A stretch of 64,000 nt of DNA from Phoronis australis (lineage: Eukaryota; Animalia; Phoronida). Within the stretch, counting starts at the first letter, position 1. Every line of letters starts with the position of its first letter. Positions 39,816 through 52,705 of the stretch are shown in pieces. The stretch is from positions 419,974 through 483,973 of the forward strand of contig NMRA01000241.1 of assembly GCA_002633005.1 (NCBI GenBank). Direction: 5' to 3'. A program made the translations under genes and the position numbers. The notes under the pieces were generated by a model that was given only the letters and a program-made list of their open reading frames with translations, searched no databases and was not told where the DNA came from.

Positions 39816-40553
39816 TCTCACTTTGTCTTTTGTCTGTCCGTTCGTCCATCATCCCTGTGCCAACTAAAGGTTATATAGGACTCAATATTAATAGCAGATT
39901 GGTGAAAAGTCAAAAATCAAATTCTACATTCTTTCTGCCTTCAGAAAATACATACTGAATTTAGGAAATTTGTCAGAATTCAAAGCAATGTTTGATGCCT
40001 TTGAAAAACGACATTTTACATTGTGGATTGGACTGTAATGCTTTCTACTTCCAGCTCATTTACATTGTGGATTTTTGTGCCAAAAAGCCTATCTATAGGT
40101 GATCCCTTCTGCATTGCCAAGTTTTGGATAGAGACATATAGTTGATGTGGAGCAAGATGATCGGGTGCAACTTGCTTTACCTCACAAACAGGTGACAAAA
40201 GTAGTCACCATGGTGTCTATTTGGTACATGTCAGTTCTATTTTCAGAATTGATTAAACACATGTGTCCCACTGTGTATGTCTCCACCTTATGCACTGTGG
40301 TAGCATTACTGGGTCATTTTATATCCACTTGAGAATGAAACAAGTATGTTTCGAAATATCGTGTACCTTTTAATTATGTCGCTAGGTCAGCTACTTTCAT
40401 CTATGTTCAGTTGAGAGTGGAGTTTTATTCCGAACATATGAACGAAACGGAATAAAAACTGTCAATAACGAAAAGTGTCGTGTGTTTAATTCTGCATATC
40501 GGAAAACTTGCTCTAGAAGTACAGTCAGTTCTATTTGCACACATATTTCAGTC

Positions 40554-41997
40554 TCGGCCCAGTCTCCAATCTCCGTACTCAGACTCGAATCATACTCAAA
40601 CTCAAACTTCATACTCAACTTGAGTACAGACTCAGGTTTGGTGTATTCAATGTCATACTCGAAAAATCTGTACTCGAAATTTCGAGCACGTACTCAATTT
40701 TCGAGTATACTCGAAATGAAGTGTATCTCATCTATATTTCAAGTATGATTTTGAGTAAAGTTCCGAGTATATGCTCCAAATTTCAAGTTTGGTCTTGCAG
40801 TGTGCTTGAAGTCGTACTCGAAAATAAATACGAGCAAGAGAACAAAGTATCGGAAGGCCACCGAGAGACACAGCAAATCTAAAAAAATAAGTCCTCTTAC
40901 CACATTTCAGTGCTTCATTTTCTCTTCAAAGATTATATTTTTCATTTTAAATGTTCTTATTCTTTACCTTATTAACCCGCCGTATCACTGCTTGTCATCG
41001 CCCCCAATTTATAAACTCCTTCTTACTCTACGATTCCTGGTAAGAGGCGCATTCTAATCCCTTGTCGGCGAGTGGTTACAAGTGTCGAATGGTAAAACGC
41101 AAAGATACAATGTCAAATTTTGATGTAAGCGTAAACCTACACAGTAGTGGGTTCTATATGAAGACTTTAAGCGAAAGAGCAAGTACGGGGGTTGACCAGG
41201 AACCAAACAAGTGGGCTCAGAAATGTTGACTGGCGTATCGGCTGACGTGGGCAACCGGCTAGCTAGAGAAGAACGCTGCCGCTGGCAATTAAGGTCCAAA
41301 CCTTTGAAATTTGCCCTCCCCTCAAAGAAAATGTGCAATTCGAACTCTCCCTTAAAAATTTTGGTTGTGCGCCTCTGATATTGTGCCTGACCCCCGAGGC
41401 CGGGGTCACCGGCCCCCCACTGCATCACTTAGGAAAAAAACTTAATATGCTGTCAATACTTGGTGTGACCATGCCAATTTTAGGAGTAATTGTGTCAAGT
41501 TAAGAAGATCATGAACCGCTTTTGCCCCTCTGTCTAAATCCTACACTGAGATAAGAGCTGCTCCGCGGCCGTGATTTCGATGTGATGAGCTGTTAAAAAT
41601 TTCTTAAGACATTTTCGGGAGATAAGGAACGTAAAAATTAAATCTTGATAATTGGCAAAAGTATCAAGAAGTCTATAATTTTTTGGTATGAGAATTTTGT
41701 ATTGTAACTGAAAAAAATGATTAACAGTTACATAACACTCATCTTTCCACATTATAGCCTACTATTGTACTATTGTATTGTACTAGGTAGCTTATGCGAA
41801 TAGAGAGCGCTGAATCAGCGCAACTATGTGTGGTTTTGCATTTCACATCATAAAGAGTTCCATAGATTTGAATGTGTTTGGAATCTACTCGAAATGCGAC
41901 ATTAAGTACACTTTTTTGAGTATGACTCCAGTGAGCATGATTTTGAGTATGAAATCTCATGTGTGATTGTGAGTCTCGAGATTGGAGACCGGGCCCT
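40554..41997. mobile_element. Degenerate TIR element with TACTCA/TGAGTA subterminal repeats
   Basis: GGCCCAGTCTCCAATCTC ... GAGATTGGAGACCGGGCC inverted ends. Confidence 0.6.
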
Positions 41998-43320
41998 GAT
42001 CATCTCGTTCCGTGTAAGCTGATCTGTGTCAACTTTTGTAATGTCAACGGGACTTAAGACAGCATGAGTCGGTGAATCTATTCATGTCATTCACAACACT
42101 GGCATTCTCAAGGTTACGTGACTGCATTTGTGAAGGGTACATTGATGGAAACTTTTTTTACCAGCATTTCATCAATCTTTTTGTATTAAAACTACTGAAA
42201 ACACTCGTCTGAGATTGTCCATAACTAGATGTTATTCAACTGCAGAAATATGTTGATTGGTTAAGCCCTGTCTGAGAATAATAAGACTCTTTATTATGAA
42301 AGTTCTATTATGTATCCTCATTTTGACATTAGCTCTTTGTGTTGTCAGACAATTCAACACAATTGAAATTGGTAGACTCTTTGTGGTGATACTGTGTTCT
42401 GAAAATGTGGAGTCAATGCACAAAAAACAGTCACTGAACTATGCTATTTTGTGTCAACAGTTGAACACTTGCTGTTAACTTGTGGGTTTGTGTTCCCAAC
42501 TTGGCGTCTTTACTGCCTGTTCCCCTGGTGGGTATTTACCGTACTATCTATAGAGCAAGAGAAAGTGACGCAAAAGGTCCTGGGAAGGTTGCATATCTTG
42601 GTTCTGCACTCACTTTCATTGATGAAACAGTGTCTTGCTCCATATCCAACACTGTCTGTCTTGAGTATTCATGTTAGCTCAGTGGAAGTGAACTCAGATC
42701 TAAGATGCAGGCCCTTTGTCAGGTCATTACATCACTTTCTATTGTTCCAAGATTAGTTCATGCACATCTTCAGCCAAGAGACAGTTGTCACCTTTGTCAT
42801 GGCGGGGACTTGCTCCACTTAAGCTGCATGCATTTACACCATATTACACCATATTAGATGTAAACTGGATCAACATGAGTCACTTTCACAAAGACTATGA
42901 CAGACATTCATAAAACAAACAGTCCTGCTTGTAGTAGCCAAACATAAATAGCTACACTGTCTTAAACAACATGGAATGCCAGTGGAACACCCCCAATACA
43001 ATTATCCCTTTCTGCCCTGCCCCAGTTGTGTTTAGACATGTAGTTGAAACTGGAGCAACTGATCGAGTGCTCTGTCTATCAAATCGGTGTCAAAAACTAA
43101 CCGCCGCGGTGTCACTTACTCCGTGTCAGTTGTGTCTACACGCGCACACTTGCACCCAGTCAGCTGTTCCGTGTTAGCCGCGCCTTGCGTCGGCTGTCTC
43201 TCGTGTAGATGCAGCTTGAGGAATATAGTTATTAACACAGGATATTGTCTCTACAGGATAAGCACAGATCAGCAAATTTACTAAAAGTAACAGCAAAAAT
43301 AGTTAATATCAAGCTGTTTA

Positions 43321-43493
43321 CAGGGGAGGATCCAAGATTTTGAGTTAGGGGGGAGGGGAGGGGCAGGGCAGGGCAGAGTATAAGCCAGGATTTTGCCCAT
43401 CAGACATTCGCACACCCCAACTGCCAAATGGAATTTAGAAGAATTTTAGGAGGGGGCCTTGGCCTACTTGGTTTCCCTCTAAATCTGCCCCTG
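43321..43493. mobile_element. 173-bp CAGGGG-ended MITE with 5-bp TSD
   Basis: CAGGGGAGGAT ... ATCTGCCCCTG; GTTTA on both sides. Confidence 0.8.
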
Positions 43494-43790
43494 GTTTATT
43501 GTACAGAAACCTGCTCCTATTCTTATGCTAATAAGTTATTACATTCAGATTAGGAAAACAATGAGATTTCACCCTGCAAGAAATGAGCTCTTGTTTCCCA
43601 AAATTGTCTTGGTGTAAGTCACCTGCCATACCCATCCTCAGATGATCTTAGCACTGCCTTCAGGTACTTAGATATATGCGAATTTGAAAATCTGTGATGT
43701 ACCAGTGACTAACAGAGTTCTTGTTGTTCTGCAGATTTGGGAACAAAGCAAGTTACAGGAATTGTGTGAACGGAGTGCAAACAAAGCAAC

Positions 43791-43833
43791 ATGTCAGCTG
43801 AGCTAGTCAGCTATCATCCCAAGCAGGATGTTG
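43791..43833 (+). CDS. ABCB1: ABCB1-like transporter, candidate first coding exon A (MSAELVSYHPKQDV)
   Basis: Acceptor TTGTTCTGCAG ends at 43734, good context AACATG, donor TTG|GTAAGT in phase 1, compatible with the exon at 56464. Confidence 0.65.
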
Positions 43834-44707
43834 GTAAGTTGGCACTTCATTCTGTGCAGATGTTGATGAGTCCCCNNNNNNNNNCCCCAACCACGTTTCT
43901 GTTACGTTGTTTTTTGTTGAGTTAATCTCAAATTGCGTGGTTCATTTTCTTTTGAAGTGTCTTTTATTATTTTGCCATTTGCATTGTTTGAAAGGTCAGC
44001 ATTTTATTTGATTATGGATTTGTTTTGGCATTCATATTAGAATTTTTTAATAATAAATCACAGCTCAATCGTAACACCTATTTGATTCAGCAACTTCTTC
44101 TCAAGTATAATATGCTTATGTCAGTATAGTTGGGAGCTCTGATTTGAAAATTCACAAACACTCTAGGAACGGGCTTTTGATAACATGCCAACATGAGTGC
44201 ACTTTCTTGTTTTCATATTTAAGCCATTCATAATGCTAGAATATGAACTTTTTATCACATGCACTAGGATCAATCCAGATACAGTTGTGATTTCACAGGA
44301 ATTTTACTAAGTATTTCATTCAAGGACCTTTATTCAGGTGCTCATCAGGACGCAAGATGTACGCAAGTGTTGGTCCAATATGGCCAACGAGCAGGTGATT
44401 TCTCACCGAGTAAAAGTAGTGGGACAGTCAAAAATGCATTTCAAATCCATAATTACAGTTATTGATGCTCAACTTAAGATTCGTGTAGAGACACAACCAG
44501 ACAAATTTAACCATCTGATGTAATCGATAACCAATATGCTTCAAATGCCACAGGTCACTCTCCGATTAAAGCAGGGAACTTATGATTGTGCTCCAATGCA
44601 CACGCTCAACGTAATCTCGCATCAAATGAAAATAACAACATATGTGGCGCCACCTTCAGATTAGGTTCACAAATGTAAATATTAGAACACGTATTGTTGG
44701 AACAAGT

Positions 44708-44927
44708 GTGTACATCACAGTATGCCCTTTTTCATCCTCTGCTGTGTTTTTACTTGACTCCAACATTCATGCTCTGCACATTAAATGTATTACAAGTCGG
44801 CTTAGTATCTAGAGTATGTATATCACAGTATGCCCTTTTTCATCCTCTTCTGTGTTTTTACTTGACTCCAACATTCATGATCTGCACATTAAATGTATTA
44901 CAAGTCGGCTTAGTATCTAGAGTATGT
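44708..44927. repeat. 108-bp tandem duplication
   Basis: Two near-identical copies, seen as a 36-aa repeat in the ORF track. Confidence 0.92.
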
Positions 44928-45552
44928 TTTCAACACTACAGCAGCATGACCAACCAATATCAATAAAACCCTCTGTTTTATTACCAAACCTCTCCGATTC
45001 ACGCCTCTGCTAATTGAACATTAGAAAACTGTCAACCATTGGGCATTTCTTATTTACTGTGTCATGCATGTTGTTGGAACGAGTCGTATTTTGAGCGTGC
45101 ATGTTGGAGCAAAGTTTAAGCTTTCCAGTTTTATTGGCGAGTGTGCTATGGAATTTGAGGCATTTTGTTAGCATCAGGTGGTTCCATTTGTCTTCCATGG
45201 TTGTGTAGGTGATAGTCGGGTATAACATGACTACATCTTTAGAACTCAGTATTCTCCGCTTAGTAGCAGCCTTCAAAATGGTTCCGTGCCTGTGATTACC
45301 TATTTGAAGTGTATGTATTAACTGTCTCGTTTATATTAATCAGTAAAAACTTCCATGCTCGTCGGCTATATTGGTTCGCTCTGTATACCTTCTACGTACT
45401 ATTATAATATAACTCGGATTGAATGATAATAGTGCCTGTGGTCTGTATATCTTCTACATATTATAATATCATTCTAAGTGACTGATAAGAGTGCCTGTGT
45501 TATTGAGCTGTGTTGGTGTACAAGTCCTTTTGGTATGTTTAATCTGTGTTAA

Positions 45553-46880
45553 AGGCGAAGGCAACCTTTTTTCATGTCACTTTTAGCAAAAATAAGGTTC
45601 GTTGATTATCCCAGACACATTTTTCACTTAATTACAGCTTTTCGTAATTCGATTAATTTCTCGTTCTCTACTCCGGTAGTGACGTTTTGGGAGGCAAGAG
45701 TTTCGCGCCAATTTCTTTTCATTATAGTCTGACTGTGAGAGCTGTCGAGTTGGTCATTGTTGTACCTCGGTTGTGATAAGTTCGGTCGTCGTTTGCTTTT
45801 GTTTACTAGTCAGTCAACATGCCACGCTGTTGCTGCGTGCTGGGATGTACTCATTATCGTCTCGCACGCGCTTTGGGTACCTTGCGTCCCTTTCTGAAGG
45901 ATGACACACTTCGCCGTACTTGGCTAGCTCGTTCTTGTGAAGAACGCAGCGCTACCCGTCCACGCAACGAACAAAACAGTTGAATTACCGAGTATGTGGC
46001 AAGCATTTTCTGCAGTCAGATTATGACAAGAGATATGTACGCTGAATTGATGAAGGTCCCTGCGAAACAACTCTTGAAGAAGGGTACCATACCGTTGCTG
46101 TTGATTCCCGGCAGTGCCCCGTCGCCAACCCCGAGAAGTGCGTTTTTGAAGCCAGAAACCTCGCGAGCTGTGGCCACTATATACAGTGACTGAAGGCACT
46201 TCATCTACTGTCACCCGTGCCTCCGAACGTACCCCATTGCGTGCAATTCGGGGAACTAGCAGTGATTCGCCCTGTGCTGTTGTCTCTAGCCCAGAGTCTG
46301 TAAGCAGCCCTGCAGCGATGTTGAGTAGTGGGAGTGAATACAGACCCGATTCGACACCCAGTGAAGAGGACAGTTCGTCATCCAGTGAACAGATCGATGA
46401 GCCTAAGTTTGTTAAGTTTATTGTGGACTTGTATTGGAGCTATTTGGAAGGTGCCAGGTGTATGACGAGGGAGTCACACGGCAGGATGTAAGCAGTTTGG
46501 GTGCTCAGATCACCCTCCAGTGGGAGTGTGTCGCGGGACACTCGGGCAAGTGGGACAGTTCTTCCTCTGTACGTGAGACGATGATGAGTACACCCCAGTA
46601 CGCAGCAACAGCGTGGCATGTTGACTGACTCATAAGCAAAAGCAAACGACGACCGAACTTATCACAACCGAGGTAAAACAATGACTCGACTGCTCTCACA
46701 GTCAGACTATATGAAAAGAAATTGGCGCGAAATTCTTGCCTCCCAAAATGTCACTTCCGGAGTAGACGACGAGTAATTGATTAAATTACGAAAAGCAGTA
46801 AATAAGTGAAAAATATGTCTGGGATAATCAACGAACATTATTTTTGCTAAAAATGACATGAAAAAAGGTTGCCTTCGCCT
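45553..46880 (+). mobile_element. Kolobok transposon derivative with ~310-bp TIRs
   Basis: TTAA-AGGCGAAGGCAACCTTTTTTCATGTCA ... TGACATGAAAAAAGGTTGCCTTCGCCT-TTAA; arms 45553-45863 and 46575-46880. Confidence 0.92.
45819..46574 (+). pseudogene. THAP-domain Kolobok transposase N-terminal fragment
   Basis: MPRCCCVLGC..PFLKDDTLRRTWL / YRVCGKHFLQSDY / LLKKGTIP (THAP C2CH), Ser-rich linker, then GAQITLQWECVAGHSGKWDSS (the C..GH...W.S motif of Kolobok-type transposases); frameshifted, DDE core absent. Confidence 0.85.
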
Positions 46881-46962
46881 TTAAGTTTTTCACTGTTGGG
46901 TTTTCATTCTCAAACCATCAGCTAAGTAGCATTTTGCATGGTAGTTTTCAGTAGTGTTAACT

Positions 46963-47043
46963 AGTGTGTGTGTGGTTGGGTGTGCGTGTGTGTGTGTGTG
47001 TGTGCGTGAGTGCGTGCGTGCGTGCGCACGCGTGTGCGTGTGT
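46963..47043. repeat. (TG)n/(TGCG)n microsatellite
   Basis: Direct reading. Confidence 0.9.
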
Positions 47044-48002
47044 TGCTTATCAAGATGTGTCAATCAGGGACAAGGAGGTAGCGTCACCTGGTGACAAAAG
47101 ACATTTTGTTAGTTGTAATCACTTACCAGTTATAGTTATGGTACTTCTTGTCCTGTTTAACAGCAGGCAATATTCTGAACAGAACATGGTATTTTATTTT
47201 GTCAAATTTCTCATCAAAAACAACTATCGGTATTAAGAAAGTCACACTCTATATCGTTAAATGGGTTGCACAAGTATGTAATGTATATGCACTGTTAGAA
47301 AATGTCTTTCCTCGTGACAATGTAGTCTGCGTTTGAATAGAAACCAATGACAATTTTGACAAATATTTTTTGTAAAATTATTGAGTTGATGTAGTCTGTT
47401 GTGTGTGTGTCATTTTTTATGCAGCATTCATGTCTTTGGAGGTAATAAGTTTGTGTTTATATGCTTGGTTCTCTAGTTTTGCTGGGCTATTGTTGATGAT
47501 TATTTGTTGGATCATTCCCTGTTTGTGAGTGATCAGTCCTATTTTATTTAAGTTTTTGGCAGTTGCACCATCTTCGGTGTGACCCGCCATTAAAAGTTAC
47601 TTATTTCAAGATACAGCGAACGAAATTGAATGAACCATGCACGTGTACATTATGAGTTGTTTTGAAGACATTTTTTCAACTTAATTTGAACCTATCCATG
47701 ACTATTGTCGAGTTTCTCTTGAGCTTCCCTTGCCGGTCATCATGTTGAGGTAGTCACATGTATTTCCTCAGTCCTAACTGATGTCATGTCACCTAACCTT
47801 ATCACTAGTTTTCCTGCACAGTGAAAACGTTCATGCCATGAAAAAGTTCACGGCATCCAAATAGTAGAGCCGGAATTCTTCACCAAGTTTGTCTAATTCC
47901 CGTAGATATGCTTTATTGAGGATATGTATAGAACTAGAATGGATCGGTGAAGAAAATGATATTTTGAAATGTAAAATGTGTTTTTGACGAGGTGAAAACT
48001 CC

Positions 48003-48153
48003 GTACTTGGTAACGGAATACATGGTGGTAAAATGTATACACAGGAAGATAGCATACTTGGTAACGGAATACATGGTGGTAAAATGTATACACAGGAAGA
48101 TAGCGTACTTGGTAACGGAATACATGTTGCTAAAATGTATACACAGGAAGATA
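48003..48153. repeat. 51-bp tandem repeat x3
   Basis: TACTTGGTAACGGAATACATGGTGGTAAAATGTATACACAGGAAGATAGC. Confidence 0.92.
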
Positions 48154-48533
48154 GGGAGTATTGTGGAACCATATACTTAGACTAACCATTTACAAACCAA
48201 TCAGATTTTGTTTGGCAACCTCGTGAAAATCCCAAGTCGCTACAAAGTCGCCACATCACATCCAAGCACGCATGCAAAATACTGCAGGAAGTAAACAAAT
48301 AGTAGTTTGAACCGTGGTAAAAATCGGGAAGTTATCTCTAGTGAGTTATGCACAGGTAACGTGTGTCGATCGTCTGCTTCTAAGACACTCTTTATTTTCC
48401 ATTTGACAAAAAAATAAAAACACCATAATCGTGGGCATGCCAGTGGATATTTGCTGAGTTCACTGATTCTTCAATTCAGCTGTCTCGTTTACTTCATATT
48501 GCTGATTGTGCATTGCTTGTGGTGGCCAACAAT

Positions 48534-50831
48534 GTAGTGTTTCCCATTAGAGGCGAAACTTCACTTTTACTGAAGTTTCGGTAAGTGGGAAAGGTTATCT
48601 CCCGTAATTAAACTGCAAGTGAAACTTTACTAAAATAGTTAAAGCGAAGCTTCAGTACTCAACGAAACTTCGATTTAATGGGAAAGATCAAATCAAAGTT
48701 TTGTCAAAGTTATCAATAAAAGTGACGTCAGCGATGTACGATCACATGAGACTTGCAAAACGTATTCTTTGTAATTATAGCATAGTGGACGTGCTCTCAC
48801 ATACTAGCTAATAAATAAAAGAAAGCATATTTGATGAAGAGTGACACCGATCATTTTCATAAAGGACAAGAGAACAGTTTTCAGTTAGCCTCGAACCCAC
48901 CACTCAATATTTTGAGAGTACCGTAAACGTTCGGGTTAACGCCCTGGGCGGTTAAATTGGCAAACCCAAAAAATCGGGGGTGGGCGGTTAACCAGACATG
49001 GGCGCTTAAACGTGAAACTTCAAAAAAATCCAGGGTGGGCGGTTAACCGAACATGGGCGCTTATTACGACAGGCAAGCGCCCTGGGCGGTTAATCTTACC
49101 TCGTGATCTAAGTACCCACACCACACACGTTGACGTAGTCGTAGGCCTACTTGAAACGCGTAGTACTTTTCAAAGAGCTTTATCGTCAAGTCGCCACATG
49201 ACGGGAAAAATGTCATAACAGCGGATGATCCTAACGAAGGTTATCATGCCCTCAGATTAGTTATTCACAATTAAATTTACAGAATTGCTGAGTAATAGCC
49301 CCGTGCCGTCCTGCGGTCTTGATATTTAGCCCTGTAGTGTAGAGCGCAGACGACCAGTGACCACGCAGCCTCTACTTGGATTGCAACTATTTCATCTTGC
49401 TAAAGTGCGCGCGTGCAAGCTTCACGAGTTGCAGAGGTCACAGCAGACATCAGATTTATGGCTACAGTCTCGTACTAGCTGCCAAGTTCATAGTCAGAGA
49501 GCAGTTTTAAAATTGGTTGTAATAAAAGTTTGAAAACCTTAATTCAGATTTTTTTTTTGTGTTTGGGATGTTTATAGTCAACACTCCGTGACTCAATAAC
49601 ATTTTCAGCGTATGGTTCTGTGGCTTGCTGTTTTATCTCGACTGCCCGGCATTGCTCACTTGCCGTTGCGCCAAACATGCTCGGCAAAGAAGTAGGCCCA
49701 AGACAAGAATCGGTATTAAGCGGCCGTGTGCCACTCGTCATTCAAGAATAAAATTTCGAGCCACGACATAAATATGTGATAAAACGCTTCAAAACAGCGA
49801 TGTTTCAATTCATAAACGATCACCTTACCAAACTTCGTGGTGGAAAAACATTTATTTTTCATGCAAGATGTCCAGATTATCCTATTTATATCACTTGCAA
49901 TATCGCACTGCGGCACTGTTCGGTCCCGCTGTTAGCGCGCAATGTCTNTCTTTCAATATGCATCTCTTTTTTTATGGCCAAAGATAGCGGCGGGATTCAG
50001 CACGCGCGTAAGGCCTACGTGCGAGTCACCTGTCAATCACATGTTGGTGTCAAGGTAACATGCACTCCAAAGTGTGGGAACTCGCGCGCGTGCACCACTA
50101 CAAAGTCACTCATCAAAAGAGAATAGCGACAGTCCTAAATAACAGAAACGGGCGTTACTTTAAACCATTGTCTCATTTCTCTGGCCTGATTTTTTCGAAT
50201 ATATGTTTTATCAAGTGCACTGCAGACAAAAACTCAGCACGGCAGACGAAGTCGCTGAAAGCGGAGGTTTTGACGCCGGCGACGTTCTTAAACTTTGCAA
50301 ACATGTGAAGAAAATAAAGTGACAAAAACGTTCAAGTATTATATTTTGAAGTAAGTCCATGACCCAAGACAATAACTCGTTAATTGTATAATTGCAATTC
50401 ACATTGCTAAGCCACCGTCTCGGAGTCCCGGCGTCGTTACGCTCATTGTGACCATCGATCTTTTTCTAAAAGTCGGGGAATCGCGCGTTTCCTTAGCACT
50501 GGGCGCTAAATCTTCATTCTTTAAAAGTCGGGGATAGGCGCTTAACCGAGAGGTGGGCGCTTAACTGGAAATCTTCAAAAATCGCAGGGGGGCGCTTAAC
50601 CGAGCAGTGGGCGGTTAAATCAAAAATCCACCTAAAGTAGGGGGTGGGCGGTTAACTGAGCATGGGCGTTAACCCGAACGTTTACGGTATGAATGAACTG
50701 CAGTGTATGGTGTCTACTCCGTTGACGGAATGGCCATCTAGTGATAACTTCAATATTGCTGTGTATTTGGAAAGGTAAACGAACTTTCCGCGATTTCGGT
50801 AAACTGAAGTTCCCTTAATGGGAAAACACCA
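48534..50831. mobile_element. Harbinger-like MITE interrupted by a Tc1/mariner-type element
   Basis: GTGTTTCCCATTA ... TAATGGGAAAACAC inverted ends flanking the 48921-50687 insertion; TSD unclear. Confidence 0.55.
48921..50687 (+). mobile_element. Non-autonomous Tc1/mariner (Tigger-like) element, family D copy 1
   Basis: TA-CCGTAAACGTTCGGGTTAACGCCC ... GGGCGTTAACCCGAACGTTTACGG-TA perfect 24-bp TIR; multiple GGGCGGTTAA/GGGCGCTTAA subterminal motifs. Confidence 0.92.
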
Positions 50832-51142
50832 TAAGTGACCTCAATTGATAAGTTCTGGTTTGGCTGTCAAGGAATTTTGCCAGGTGGCATTTGAGGAGTT
50901 ATGTTGAATTATGCAAGACCTGCCCCTTTAGTGAAGTGTTATAGATAACTAGGGACAGCAATTCATGCAATTTAACTATCTTATCACCATCAAAATAAAA
51001 ACTTTAAAATTATTACATTAAATTTACTGTATTTCCTTGAATAAACACCCTGTTAGGCAGGAGCATTATTTGAAGTGTTTATGAGTGAACAAATCTTGAC
51101 TTTTTCCTTGAATGTAGTTGTGTTGAGTTCACAGAGGAGGTG

Positions 51143-52190
51143 TGTAGTATCCTGTCGATGCCGATAGATGTCACTGTTATTGTTCTTATTGTTTCCTCAG
51201 TAGTTGTACTTTGTCTAGTAATCCCTCGTGTATTTTACACTTTTTGGCGACGAGGAAAAAATGTTTACACCAGTCACAGATGGCGCCAGGTGGTGATTTC
51301 GAGTGTTATGTAAGAGCGTGTCCAAGTTTTTTTTAGGCTAATGGTATATCGAAAGAGTTTTTTGGCTGTAGTTGGGGGCTCAGCATATAAAGTCCTGAAG
51401 TCCTTAGTGTTTCCATAGCTCCCGAAGGACAAAAGGTTTGAGGAATGTGTTAGTGTTCTCAGAAGTCATTAATGCCCATAACCACTAGTCATTATGCAAA
51501 GTTAATGCAAAGAAAACAACTCGAGAATGAACTCATGTGTGGTTACATGGCCGAGTCGAAAAATTTTGAGCATGAATTGTGACTCCAAGGATAACCTGGA
51601 GGACCGTTTACGTGATCAGCTAGTTGTGGGACTTCAGAATGGGGCCATACAGAAACGTTTACTAGGTACAAGGACACTAACTTTCCAGTGGACACTGTTG
51701 TCTCCATGGAAACAGCTGAAAGGGATAGCAGTGAAATAAAGACCACTGGGACTGGTGCACAAGATGAATGCCAGATCGAACACAGGAGAGAAACCCAAAA
51801 GCAAGTTCAGTAATCGTCAATCTGCTGCCCAAAGCCAGTATACAATGTTCAAACTTTCCAAGCACTACATAGGCTCATGTTGGCATTGTGGTGACAACCA
51901 CAAGACGCATGAGTGTAGTTTCTTTGATGCTGAATCATTCAAATGTGGTCGCATGGGCCATCCGACGAAGGTGTGTCGACAACAGAATGCCACCAGCTCT
52001 CACATGGGGAGGGATCGGATCACGACTCTGCGAATCAAATCATGTCTCACGCACCTGAATGGAAGTCTAACAGGGATAGTGCTGAAGTTTTTCAGATCGA
52101 TGAATCAATTGGAGACGAACTAGTGACAGGTTACCATTAGATTTGAATGGTGTCCAAGTAGATACGGAGGTAGACAACGAACTGGGACGA
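51143..52190 (+). mobile_element. Ty3/Gypsy (Mag-clade) LTR retrotransposon remnant: short LTR, PBS, gag pseudogene
   Basis: TGTA...TACA short LTR-like segment (~51143-51239), PBS TGGCGACGAGG at 51245, gag pieces FLAVVGGSAYKVLKSL, LEDRLRDQLVVGL..IQKRLL, double knuckle CWHCGDNH...C / FKCGRMGHPTKVC; stops and frameshifts. Confidence 0.88.
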
Positions 52191-52196
52191 TTCATA

Positions 52197-52705
52197 AGAC
52201 CCTTTCATATTGACTTAACTTTGGTCTGAGCGGAGCGTCTACATAAACAGCGCAGTTAACTGGACCGTTCATTCTGACTTCGGTAGTTAAAGAACATCGA
52301 AGTAAACGGTTGGTGACGCTGTTATCATCGAAGTTATCGCAAGGTAGCGCTGCATGCTAAGATTTTTTTTTCAATGAGACCATTTGAGAACCTTCACATG
52401 TGCTAAATGACATTAAACTTATTTTTAAATCGATTAGTTGTTATTAGAGCAAAATATAAGCAGCTATTAGTAACGACACTACCCTGTAACTGTTGACGGT
52501 AACAGTGGCACCTGGCAATAACTTCGATTGGACCGAAGTTAACCGTTCATACTGCACCGCAGCGTCGACACTGCGCTATTAAATCTACCTGTTAACTGCG
52601 ATGTTAACTGGAGCTGTTAACTACGATCCAGGACCGGAGTAAAGCGTTCATACTGACCGCAACTCCCCAAACCATCGACACGTCAACGTTAGTATGAAAG
52701 GCCCT
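52197..52705 (-). mobile_element. PIF/Harbinger-type MITE, family C copy 2
   Basis: AGACCCTTTCATA ... TATGAAAGGCCCT, 3-bp TSD ATA. Confidence 0.85.

Noticed and set aside
39350-40200. Minus-strand ORFs 39377-39592 and 40016-40198 as a gene or transposase relic
   Set aside because: No recognisable domain or convincing splice structure
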